29,823 nucleotides of DNA from a virus (taxonomy: Duplodnaviria > Caudoviricetes). The stretch covers positions 1 to 29,823 of the IMG/VR virus record IMGVR_UViG_3300030095_005266. One strand, given 5' to 3'. Both the position numbers and the translations under genes were made by a program. Below the pieces are notes generated by a model. The model was not told the DNA's origin and did not search any database. It was given only the letters and a program-made list of their open reading frames with translations. This document shows positions 1-7,678 of the stretch, piece by piece (the first letter of the stretch is position 1; every line of letters starts with the position of its first letter).

Positions 1-726
1 ACACCATGTATTATAGATGAAAAGTATGTTGATAAAAGTAGAAAACATGCTTATTCTCCTGTCTATCGTAAAGCACTTGCAGAGTTTACGAATACGACAT
101 TACCGGATGGACATGAGTATCATGCCTGTCATGCCTGTAATAATGGTAAGTGCATAAATCCAGAGCATATCTATTGGGGAACGGCCCAAGAAAATGCTGA
201 CGATCTTGTTAAATATTATAATGAGATTGGTAGTTGGAAAACAAAGAAGTGGATTACAAAACGAGACATAATGATAGCCTGTCGTCTTCATGAATATGAT
301 GAGGATGTAAAAAAGGGTTTTATACGAGAGATTGAAATCACTAATCCTTTTTTGAAAAATCGGCTCTCTGCTAACATATGTGATACTATTCGTATGGAGA
401 TACCAGAGGGAAAAAAATATTTCCATGCCTATTACACAATTAAGGTCAATCCACATAAACTAGCTAAACCGAAAAATATAAAGTCAAACTTGCTTTGTGG
501 GAAGGATGAATTTCATCGTGCCGCTGTGTCCTCTATTAATCTGTATTTTGCAAATCACCATCAGAAAAAATGTGAGTGGGTTCCTATAGGCATAGTAGAG
601 GATTGGTTGCGCTTGTGGGATGATGGAGAAATCACATCCAAAGATGATTTGCATGGTTTGTATGACAAGTGGCGACCTGATAACTTGATAATTTATCCTT
701 CAATTTATGAAAGGAATGGGATATGA
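1..726 (+). CDS. HNH (His-Cys/HNH_3-type) endonuclease-domain protein, 5'-truncated by window edge
   Basis: Frame of track ORF 271..726 is open from base 1; upstream part reads ...HACHACNNGKCINPEHIYWGTAQENADD, an HNH_3-like motif. Confidence 0.75.
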   Translation, partial: TPCIIDEKYVDKSRKHAYSPVYRKALAEFTNTTLPDGHEYHACHACNNGKCINPEHIYWGTAQENADDLVKYYNEIGSWKTKKWITKRDIMIACRLHEYDEDVKKGFIREIEITNPFLKNRLSANICDTIRMEIPEGKKYFHAYYTIKVNPHKLAKPKNIKSNLLCGKDEFHRAAVSSINLYFANHHQKKCEWVPIGIVEDWLRLWDDGEITSKDDLHGLYDKWRPDNLIIYPSIYERNGI

Positions 727-896
727 GTAATATGAAAAACTACATGCTGGATGTTGAAGAGTTCTGTGATGGATACGCTTTCGGTGGTGACGAGCACTGC
801 ATTGATGAAGTCGCTGCTGCCGCTGATAACGCTTTTCGGTCAACCATGGCTGGTGATTATGCCAGGGATTATCTCACATGGAAATTTGGCAAATGA
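723..896 (+). CDS. hypothetical protein, 57 aa (MSNMKNYMLDVEEFCDG...KFGK)
   Basis: Read manually; ATGA overlaps with both neighbours; acidic, phage-like composition. Confidence 0.7.
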   Translation: MSNMKNYMLDVEEFCDGYAFGGDEHCIDEVAAAADNAFRSTMAGDYARDYLTWKFGK

Positions 897-1408
897 AGGA
901 ACTTATAACTGCTGGACTGCTGTTTGTTTCCTCGCCTGTTGAACTGTTAAACGAAAAACAGACTTACAGTGCAGAAGAGCATGTTCAATGTCTCGCTGTG
1001 AATATTTATCATGAGGCAAGGGATCAAGGTACGGCAGGGAAACTTGCTGTATCTGCTGTTGTTCTTAATAGAGTGAATGATAAAAGGTTTCCAAACACCG
1101 TGTGTGAGGTGGTTCTTCAGGCACATATGAAAAAATCATGGAAAACTGGACTACCTATTCCTATCAGAAACAAGTGTCAGTTCAGTTGGTATTGTGATGG
1201 TAAATCGGATGAGGTAAAAGATAAAAAATCTTTCAAAAAGATACTTGACTTTGCTCGTCTAATCATGCACAATGGTATAAAGTTCGTTGATATAACTGAT
1301 GGCGCTACACACTACCATGCTGATTATGTCAAACCATCTTGGGCAAAAACCAAGAAAAGGACTACAGAGATTGGTGACCACATTTTTTATCGTTGGGAGA
1401 AGAAATGA
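893..1408 (+). CDS. cell wall hydrolase, SleB/Hydrolase_2 family
   Basis: CLAVNIYHEAR, VVLNRV..RFPNTVCEVV, CQFSWYCDG, GATHYHA..V.P.W, IGDHIFY motifs; start moved to the ATGA overlap at 893. Confidence 0.9.
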   Translation: MKELITAGLLFVSSPVELLNEKQTYSAEEHVQCLAVNIYHEARDQGTAGKLAVSAVVLNRVNDKRFPNTVCEVVLQAHMKKSWKTGLPIPIRNKCQFSWYCDGKSDEVKDKKSFKKILDFARLIMHNGIKFVDITDGATHYHADYVKPSWAKTKKRTTEIGDHIFYRWEKK

Positions 1409-1632
1409 ACAAAAGACTTGAGAACAAAATAACTAAATGGTATGGCGAGAGTGTTGCCACTAGAGTTTGGTTAGCAAAACATTGGCACAGATGGATTACA
1501 CATGGTTGCTCTATGTGTTGGATAGATACATGTGATTGCTCTGCTCAAAACAGAAGTATAAATTCACCTAAAGGGTTTGCTGAAATTGCAGAGTATGCTT
1601 ATAATAATTATGGGGAGGCGTTTAGGGGATGA
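1405..1632 (+). CDS. hypothetical protein with Cys cluster (CSMC..TCDC)
   Basis: ORF track; ATGA coupling at 1405. Confidence 0.6.
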   Translation: MNKRLENKITKWYGESVATRVWLAKHWHRWITHGCSMCWIDTCDCSAQNRSINSPKGFAEIAEYAYNNYGEAFRG

Positions 1633-1802
1633 AACATATTGAAATATCGTTAATGGAAAATGGTGAATTGTCTATTGATGGACAAACTAAGCCAGGTGGT
1701 AATCTTGATATTCGTGAGTTTGAAGATGGCGAATGGACAGGTGGTTGTTATGCCAGCTATGATAATCTTATAGAGAAAGTTAAGGAGTGTTTAGAGGAAT
1801 GA
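1629..1802 (+). CDS. hypothetical protein, 57 aa (MKHIEISLMENGELSIDG...CLEE)
   Basis: Read manually; ATGA coupling on both sides. Confidence 0.7.
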   Translation: MKHIEISLMENGELSIDGQTKPGGNLDIREFEDGEWTGGCYASYDNLIEKVKECLEE

Positions 1803-1912
1803 ATATCTTTTATCAAATACATTTTGGCCCCATAACACAAGGTTTAATAGCTGGTGTTATAATCCTAACCCAAATTATTTTAACTGCTGTTTCACTGAAG
1901 GCAATATTATGA
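1799..1912 (+). CDS. 37-aa single-TM mini-protein (MNIFYQIHFGPITQGLIAGVIILTQIILTAVSLKAIL)
   Basis: Read manually; GAGG upstream, ATGA overlaps on both sides, hydrophobic stretch. Confidence 0.6.
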   Translation: MNIFYQIHFGPITQGLIAGVIILTQIILTAVSLKAIL

Positions 1913-2460
1913 ATATCTTTTATCTAGACCGTGACCCCATAATCGCTGCACAAATGTCATGTGACAAGCATGTGGTCAAGATGATACTGGAGAGCGCACA
2001 GATGCTCTCCACTGCACACCGTGTCTGTGATGGTGATGAGTATGCTGACAAGATGGGCCTATACAAGATGGCTCACAAGAATCACCCAAGCACCATTTGG
2101 GTTCGTTCATCCGAGGACAACTATGATTGGTTGTGGCAACACATGTGCGCTCTTATGAAAGAATATACGCATCGTTATGGTAAGAGACATGCCACAGAGC
2201 GTCTAATTGATCCATTGTGCAATGCGCCAGATTTCGTTGGTGATGGCGAATTTACTGATCCACCCCAGTGTATGCCTGACTACTGTAAAGGTGAGGACAC
2301 AGTTCTTGCATATCAGAACTACTATATACTAGAGAAATCAGGATTTGCAAAGTGGACCAAACGAGAAAGCCCAATATTTTTTGTGGAGAAATACGATGCA
2401 ACGAGAACCGTATTGGGACTACATGGCTCGGAGACTCAAAGAGGAACAACCAGTGTATAA
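1909..2460 (+). CDS. pyrimidine-dimer DNA glycosylase / endonuclease V-like protein
   Basis: MNIFYLD..P..AA..CDKHVVKMILESAQMLSTAH and HKNHPSTIW motifs of this phage family. Confidence 0.7.
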   Translation: MNIFYLDRDPIIAAQMSCDKHVVKMILESAQMLSTAHRVCDGDEYADKMGLYKMAHKNHPSTIWVRSSEDNYDWLWQHMCALMKEYTHRYGKRHATERLIDPLCNAPDFVGDGEFTDPPQCMPDYCKGEDTVLAYQNYYILEKSGFAKWTKRESPIFFVEKYDATRTVLGLHGSETQRGTTSV

Positions 2461-2671
2461 CTCTCTTCATTTCAAATTAGACGATCAAGAAAAGACCAAA
2501 ATCTCAACAAAATTCAATGAGGTTGATTTCTTAAAGAACGAGGTTTACCAATTACAGGAGAGTTTGCAGGGATCATACAAGAGAATAAAAATTCTTAATG
2601 AAACAATCAACGAGCAGCGTGACAAGATTTTCCAATTAGAGAGCCGGGACCAATTGGAATTTAAATTTTAG
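2396..2671 (+). CDS. hypothetical coiled-coil protein
   Basis: ORF track frame; start at MQREPYWDY with GGAG upstream; heptad-like C-terminus. Confidence 0.65.
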   Translation: MQREPYWDYMARRLKEEQPVYNSLHFKLDDQEKTKISTKFNEVDFLKNEVYQLQESLQGSYKRIKILNETINEQRDKIFQLESRDQLEFKF

Positions 2672-2682
2672 CGGAGTATATA

Positions 2683-3342
2683 ATGACATCTCATAATGTA
2701 TTTTCATATGTTCCAATTATGAAAAATGACTTTATTCTAAAAACATCAATTGAAAAGAAAACATGTGAAGAATTAGTTGAAGCCACGAAAGATATGCTTG
2801 ATGAGGATATTGAAGATAACCTCAGTAATGTTAGGCGCACAATTTGGGAACTTCATACTGAAGATAGTGTCGCTCCAATCATCCATAAGATTATGGACCA
2901 TGCGAATTTCTGCATCAGGACAAGATTGAACTATCCACACCCAAATCAAAATCAACCGCCATTTTTTGACAACAGCATGTTTCACTATGTGTTTGCAACA
3001 TTCAATTCATGGGTGGCTCATTACAAAGATAAGAGTTTTGTTGAACCACACCGTCACATAGAGTATCCCAATTACTACTCTTGTGCCCTATATCTGTCTA
3101 CAGGTGGTGAGGAAACTAGTTTGTCTTTTTTATCTGATGAGGCACCATCATTTAATCAGAATAAATTAAAGATACCATGCAAAGAGGGAGACATGTTAAT
3201 TTTTCCATCAAACTTGATTCACTACACAAATGATACTTTTGATAAAAGAATAGTTATGTCTGCAAACATGTATGCTGGATTTTGTCCCAACTTTTTGAAT
3301 GAAGGCAATCCAAAAGCAGATGAGACTACAGGAGAAGAATAA
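2683..3342 (+). CDS. 2OG-Fe(II) oxygenase (TIGR02466-like)
   Basis: PHRH...SCALYL, EGDMLIFPSNLIHYT, KRIVMSAN. Confidence 0.8.
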   Translation: MTSHNVFSYVPIMKNDFILKTSIEKKTCEELVEATKDMLDEDIEDNLSNVRRTIWELHTEDSVAPIIHKIMDHANFCIRTRLNYPHPNQNQPPFFDNSMFHYVFATFNSWVAHYKDKSFVEPHRHIEYPNYYSCALYLSTGGEETSLSFLSDEAPSFNQNKLKIPCKEGDMLIFPSNLIHYTNDTFDKRIVMSANMYAGFCPNFLNEGNPKADETTGEE

Positions 3343-3674
3343 TGCCAACATATACCTTTATGAATTTAGAATCTGGAATGGAATATGATGAGACTATGCT
3401 TATATCAGAATATGATGAGTATATGAAGAACAACCCTAAAGTGGAGCGAGTATATCAACCAGTGGCCATTGCTGGTGACCATGTGATGGGTGTTGGTCCT
3501 AAAACTGATTCTGGGTTTAATGATGTAATGGGAAATATTGCTGACAATAATCCATTGTCTCCTATGGCAGACAAGTATGGAACATCTAGGACTGCTAGTC
3601 AAAGAAAGGCGAAGGACACATTTACCAAAGTTACTAAAAAATATAAAAGCAAAATGGACAATCTAAATAAATAG
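3342..3674 (+). CDS. conserved T4-like marine phage hypothetical protein (MPTYTF..., FmdB-like N-terminus lacking Cys)
   Basis: MPTY.F.N..SG..Y....ISEY..Y...NP pattern, commonly upstream of phoH. Confidence 0.7.
   Translation: MPTYTFMNLESGMEYDETMLISEYDEYMKNNPKVERVYQPVAIAGDHVMGVGPKTDSGFNDVMGNIADNNPLSPMADKYGTSRTASQRKAKDTFTKVTKKYKSKMDNLNK
3663..3673 (+). promoter_or_regulatory. T4-type late promoter (overlapping CTAAATA / ATAAATA)
   Basis: ctaaataaata spanning the end of the upstream ORF. Confidence 0.65.
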
Positions 3675-3678
3675 AAAT

Positions 3679-3784
3679 GGTGCAGGCGAGAACATCAAAC
3701 TTCAGCACCGATGCACAGCGTCTATGTAAGCTGGGAAGTCAATCCGCCTATGCATCAGAGGGGAGTGGTCCGGGCACTCCCCTC
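3679..3784 (+). ncRNA. candidate structured RNA (double pseudoknot plus 10-bp hairpin) upstream of phoH
   Basis: Six complementary segment pairs within 106 GC-rich intergenic nt; see findings. Confidence 0.55.
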
Positions 3785-3809
3785 ACCCTAACATAAGAAT
3801 GAGGTAAAA

Positions 3810-4520
3810 ATGGCTTCAAAGAAAAACAAAGAAATAAACATGAACGATTTGGTTTCAATCAAACCAATCACAGACAATCAAAAAGAAGTTTTTTCCACAT
3901 GGAAGAAAGGACTAAACCAATTTTTGTTTGGTGCGGCAGGGACAGGAAAAACTTTTGTCTCTCTGTATCTTGCTCTACAAGAAATTATGGATTTGAAGAA
4001 ACCAGCTGATAAAGTTATTTTGGTTCGGTCACTTATTCCAACTAGAGAGATTGGTTTTCTCCCAGGCGACGAAGAGGATAAATCTGCACTGTATCAAGTG
4101 CCATATAGAAATATGGTCCAGTTTATGTTTGAGATGCCCAATGAACAGGCATTCAATGGTTTGTATGATAAACTAAAATCGCAGGGCAGTTTGTATTTTC
4201 TGTCAACTTCTTTTCTAAGGGGATTGACATTTGATAATAGTATCATTATAGTAGATGAATGTCAGAACTTAAACTTTCACGAATTAGATACGATTATCAC
4301 TAGGGTAGGCCAAGATTCCAAGATTATGTTCTGTGGAGATTTTGGTCAAACAGATTTAATCAAGAACAATGAGAAAAATGGACTACATGATTTTATGCGT
4401 ATCCTAGAGGAAATGAAAGAATTTAATTGCACAGAGTTTAATATTGGTGATATTGTAAGGTCTGGCTTTGTGCGAAGTTATTTGATAAACAAGACAAAAA
4501 TGGGAATTGGTTTGGAGTAA
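3810..4520 (+). CDS. phoH: PhoH-family ATPase
   Basis: GAAGTGKT Walker A, IGFLPG, FLRGLTF, IIVDECQN, FCGDFGQTDL, DIVRSGFV. Confidence 0.95.
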   Translation: MASKKNKEINMNDLVSIKPITDNQKEVFSTWKKGLNQFLFGAAGTGKTFVSLYLALQEIMDLKKPADKVILVRSLIPTREIGFLPGDEEDKSALYQVPYRNMVQFMFEMPNEQAFNGLYDKLKSQGSLYFLSTSFLRGLTFDNSIIIVDECQNLNFHELDTIITRVGQDSKIMFCGDFGQTDLIKNNEKNGLHDFMRILEEMKEFNCTEFNIGDIVRSGFVRSYLINKTKMGIGLE

Positions 4521-4525
4521 ATATT

Positions 4526-5248
4526 ATGGAAATATCATATAATACAAAACCGGCATTAACTTTAATGTCATGTAATTTTGGTTTTGAAATTGCAAAAGAA
4601 CTTAATGATTACCTTGAGGAAAGTGTATTTGATAAAAATATAGATGCGTCTGGTAGTTTAGTTGGTCAAATTAAAAATCATGAAAATTCTGCTCAATTAA
4701 TTTTTCCTCATGATGACGATGATGTTGGGCAACAATTTTCAGAGTACTTGTGTAGGTTGGCTAATCAATATATGGGTTATACTGAATCTGATGCTGTTAG
4801 TGATGGCACATTTGTTAATAGTTCGGTAACAGGTAATGAAAAGAAATATGATCCAAAAGTAAAATCTATGTGGGTCAATCGTAGTTATGCTGGAGATTAT
4901 AATCCAGAGCATGATCATCCATCTGATGCTGACATTGGTTTATCTTGTATCATGTACTTGACAATTCCAATGGGTATCTCCAGTGGAGATGGTAGTTTAG
5001 GTTCTACATCACTTACAGGTGCCTCTGGTGTGACTGATGGTTACACTCGTTTTTGTTGGGGAACTAATACCACAAGTGACATGAAAAAGTTAAAACCAAG
5101 CACAGAGCAATATGTTAAACCAGAGGTAGGGCAGTTATTGATGTTTCCATCTTGGTTAAATCATAGTGTATTGCCTTTTACTGGTGAAGGGGAGCGCAGA
5201 AGCCTATCTGCAAACATAAACATGTTTCCCGTTGAAGAGGAAGAATAA
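4526..5248 (+). CDS. 2OG-Fe(II) oxygenase (TIGR02466-like)
   Basis: MWVN...GDYNPEHDH, LSCIMYL, PEVGQLLMFPSWLNHSVLPF..EGERRSLSAN. Confidence 0.85.
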   Translation: MEISYNTKPALTLMSCNFGFEIAKELNDYLEESVFDKNIDASGSLVGQIKNHENSAQLIFPHDDDDVGQQFSEYLCRLANQYMGYTESDAVSDGTFVNSSVTGNEKKYDPKVKSMWVNRSYAGDYNPEHDHPSDADIGLSCIMYLTIPMGISSGDGSLGSTSLTGASGVTDGYTRFCWGTNTTSDMKKLKPSTEQYVKPEVGQLLMFPSWLNHSVLPFTGEGERRSLSANINMFPVEEEE

Positions 5249-5250
5249 AT

Positions 5251-5694
5251 ATGAATACGGACAAACTTAGAGAGCAGTTGAAAATTGATGAAGGATGTAT
5301 TTACGAAATTTATAATGACCATCTTGGCTATGCTACTTTTGGGATTGGTCATCTTGTTCGGGAATCTGACCCTGAGAATGGCAGCCCTGTCGGCACCAAG
5401 GTCAGCGAAGATAGAGTTGCCAACGCCTTCGATGATGATATCGAAACAGTTTTGTCAGACTGCAACAAGCTTTACCCAGACTTTGAGGATTTGCCAGAAG
5501 AAGCTCAACAAATAATTGCAAACATGATGTTCAATCTTGGTTATCCAAGACTGTCCAAGTTTCGTGGTATGAAGGCTGGAGTTGATGCAAAAGATTGGAA
5601 TCGAACAGCAGATGAGATGGTCGATTCGAGGTGGTATGCTCAAGTCGGTAGAAGAGCAGAAAGATTAGTTGAAAGAATTAGAGCATTAGCATAA
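5251..5694 (+). CDS. T4-type lysozyme (GH24) / endolysin
   Basis: LKIDEG...IYNDHLGYATFGIGHL catalytic E-D-T region; NMMFNLG, SRWYAQVG.RA. Confidence 0.9.
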   Translation: MNTDKLREQLKIDEGCIYEIYNDHLGYATFGIGHLVRESDPENGSPVGTKVSEDRVANAFDDDIETVLSDCNKLYPDFEDLPEEAQQIIANMMFNLGYPRLSKFRGMKAGVDAKDWNRTADEMVDSRWYAQVGRRAERLVERIRALA

Positions 5695-6434
5695 TGAAAT
5701 CTGAAATGTTTAAACACAATCCTGTTTCTCTACCAGAGATTAAGGCAAAGACCACTGATGGTGTTCGTCTGTATGAAACACCAGAAGGTAACAAGTATCC
5801 ATCCATCACCACTGTTCTATCAGCCCGCAATAAAAAAGGATTGTTTGAATGGCGTAAGCGTGTTGGTGAAGACGTTGCAAATCACATTGCAAGAACTGCT
5901 GCTGCAAGAGGTACAAAAGTTCATCACATGTGTGAGGACTATCTAAACAATGTGCATCTTGATTGGCCCGAAAAGTGGGATAAGCACAAGAAACATTTTC
6001 TACCATATGCTTTGTTTAAGGTTTTTAGGGAACAAGCACTGTGTCACATTGACCACATATATGCACAAGAAGCAGGACTCTACAGTGATAAATACAAGGT
6101 AGCGGGCCGAGTTGATTGCATTGCTGACTACAAAGGTAAGTTATCAATTATCGACTTCAAAACGTCAACTAAAGAACGTATTGATGCATGGAATGAAAAC
6201 TACTACATTCAAGGGTCGGGCTACGCAGAAATGTTTGGTGAGAGAACCGGCATAATCGTAGAGCAAGTAGTAATTCTTGTGGTCACAGAAGACGGAACCG
6301 TTCAAGAATTTGTAAAACAAAAACATGATTATATTGGGCCTCTCATTGAAACCATCAATGAATGGAGAGAGAAAAATGAAGTATCTAATGATAGCCCTCA
6401 TAAGCGTATTTATCAGTTTGGTTTGCGTTCCTAG
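5694..6434 (+). CDS. PD-(D/E)XK exonuclease (RecB/Cas4-like fold)
   Basis: YPSITTVL, RGTKVH..CE.YL, AGRVDCIA, IIDFKTS, QGSGYA. Confidence 0.9.
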   Translation: MKSEMFKHNPVSLPEIKAKTTDGVRLYETPEGNKYPSITTVLSARNKKGLFEWRKRVGEDVANHIARTAAARGTKVHHMCEDYLNNVHLDWPEKWDKHKKHFLPYALFKVFREQALCHIDHIYAQEAGLYSDKYKVAGRVDCIADYKGKLSIIDFKTSTKERIDAWNENYYIQGSGYAEMFGERTGIIVEQVVILVVTEDGTVQEFVKQKHDYIGPLIETINEWREKNEVSNDSPHKRIYQFGLRS

Positions 6435-6777
6435 TGCTACAGCAGATAATAGTAGAGAGTGGTCGGCTGGTGACTTAATCTCAGTGGGACTTGTTTGTAG
6501 AGATGAAGAGTCAATTTTGAAAATTGTTCGTGCAGATGTTACGTCTGAAGAACTTGTCTTAATGGCAATGAACCAATCAATTATGATGGGTGTGTGTGTA
6601 ACTTTTGAAGGGGCTATGCGGTTTCTAGTACAGAAAGCATTAGTCCACTATAAAGACCATGCCGGAAGAGCAAGTATTGTTTTGGGAATTGGTAATTCAA
6701 ATCAAGATTTTTTAGGTTGGGTGCTTGCAACTGGTAAATTTGTATCAGAAAAAAAATCTGAAGAAACCTCAATTTAG
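6376..6777 (+). CDS. hypothetical exported protein
   Basis: Start at MKYLMIALISVFISLVCVPSATA (signal peptide, A-T-A cleavage site). Confidence 0.7.
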   Translation: MKYLMIALISVFISLVCVPSATADNSREWSAGDLISVGLVCRDEESILKIVRADVTSEELVLMAMNQSIMMGVCVTFEGAMRFLVQKALVHYKDHAGRASIVLGIGNSNQDFLGWVLATGKFVSEKKSEETSI

Positions 6778-6780
6778 TCC

Positions 6781-6811
6781 TTGACAAATATATTCCCGCA
6801 TGGTATAAATA
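6781..6811 (+). promoter_or_regulatory. hybrid sigma70 (TTGACA-17-TATAAA, extended TG) and T4 late (TATAAATA) promoter for tmRNA/tRNA
   Basis: TTGACA 6781-6786; TGG-TATAAATA 6801-6811. Confidence 0.8.
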
Positions 6812-6816
6812 TAAGT

Positions 6817-7213
6817 ACAGTTCGTTGAAACTGATTGAAAGACATACTGGACGGGGGTGCAATACCCCCCGCCTCCACCAAAAGGAGATTATTGTGGAAC
6901 AGGTATTGATAGGGGGTCAAGATGAAGAACCCTCTAGTACAAAGGGTAAGTAAGTGGATGTTTAGAGCATATATCATTTGGAGTATATGTGCAGACATAA
7001 CCTTGCTTGCCGGAATAATATATCTAGTCTTCTTTTGATGGGGGCGAAATAGGTTCGACAGGTGTTAATTAGAGAAGTGGAGAATTGTGGATTGACCACC
7101 TTATAGGTTATTACAGTAAATGCAAACGATAATTTTGCACCTATGGCTCTTGCTGCGTAAGCAGTAAGTGTTCGGAGTTTCGGTAGGTTCCTTGGCAACA
7201 GAATAACCTACCA
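6817..7213 (+). ncRNA. ssrA: circularly permuted (two-piece) tmRNA, alphaproteobacterial type; tag ANDNFAPMALAA*
   Basis: Acceptor piece ends GGGGG-TGCAATA-CCCCC-CGCCTCC-A-CCA (6853-6880); coding piece starts GGGGGCG (7040), giving a 7-bp acceptor stem with G3.U70; tag frame 7122-7160; AACAGAA at 7197-7203 inside the GGTAGGTT/AACCTACC stem. Outer ends approximate. Confidence 0.93.
6922..7038 (+). CDS. 38-aa membrane peptide inside the tmRNA intervening segment
   Basis: MKNPLVQRVSKWMFRAYIIWSICADITLLAGIIYLVFF*, AGGGGG 5 nt upstream; stop ends 1 nt before the coding-piece 5' end. Confidence 0.6.
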   Translation: MKNPLVQRVSKWMFRAYIIWSICADITLLAGIIYLVFF

Positions 7214-7221
7214 CTTTAAGT

Positions 7222-7297
7222 GGGGCATTAGCTCAGTTGGGAGAGCGCCTGCTTTGCAAGCAGGGGGTCGTAGGTTCGATTCCTACATGCTCCACCA
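7222..7297 (+). tRNA. tRNA-Ala(TGC)
   Basis: GGGGCAT/ATGCTCC acceptor, CCTGC-TTTGCAA-GCAGG anticodon arm, GGTTCGATTCC T arm, encoded CCA. Confidence 0.97.
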
Positions 7298-7332
7298 TTT
7301 TGAAATTGTCATGAATAAGGAGAAATTATATT

Positions 7333-7605
7333 ATGGCTACTAAAACTAAAATATCTAAATCCGAAAAAGTCATTTCGGCACTTAAAGGTGGAGCAGAACT
7401 TACAGCAAAGCAGATCGCATCTCGCTATGGTGTCAAGAATGTTCGGGCACTTATTAGTTCGTTGCGTATGCAGGGATACCCTGTTTACCTAAATAAACGC
7501 ACAAGCGTTTTTAATGGTGAAAAGACCGTGTATCGGAAGTATCGTTTAGGTACTGCTACACGGGCTGTTATCGCAGCTGGTTACAAGGCACTACGCACAG
7601 CGTAA
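7333..7605 (+). CDS. winged HTH DNA-binding protein
   Basis: ELTAKQIASRYGVKNVRALISSLRMQGYPV; AAGGAG SD; basic. Confidence 0.75.
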   Translation: MATKTKISKSEKVISALKGGAELTAKQIASRYGVKNVRALISSLRMQGYPVYLNKRTSVFNGEKTVYRKYRLGTATRAVIAAGYKALRTA

Positions 7606-7611
7606 TGTCTA

Positions 7612-7668
7612 ACGGGTGATGCCGTAATACATCCGTGGGGGTCTACGGTTAGCCCCCAAACTTTTTTT
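7612..7668 (+). terminator. tandem hairpins with complementary loops followed by T7 (terminator-like)
   Basis: ACGGGTG/CATCCGT then GGGGG/CCCCC, then aaac-TTTTTTT. Confidence 0.6.
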
Positions 7669-7678
7669 AGGATGAAAT

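Noticed and set aside
100-942. Track ORFs 100..456 (-) and 751..942 (+)
   Set aside because: Shadows of the HNH gene and of the better-coupled 723..896 ORF.
3679-3756. Resemblance to ZTP or SAM-V riboswitches (GGCG/CGCC pairing)
   Set aside because: The other conserved core nucleotides of those classes are not recognisable; left as unassigned RNA.
5694-6434. Cas4-like nuclease as part of a CRISPR system
   Set aside because: No repeat-spacer array or other cas genes seen; it is the usual T4-like marine phage exonuclease near phoH.
6774-7198. Minus-strand ORFs 6774..6998 and 6974..7198
   Set aside because: Antisense to the tmRNA gene; no SD or protein-like motifs.
7612-7660. Twister or HDV-like ribozyme near the tRNA cluster
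   Set aside because: Required catalytic motifs and helix order could not be fitted.
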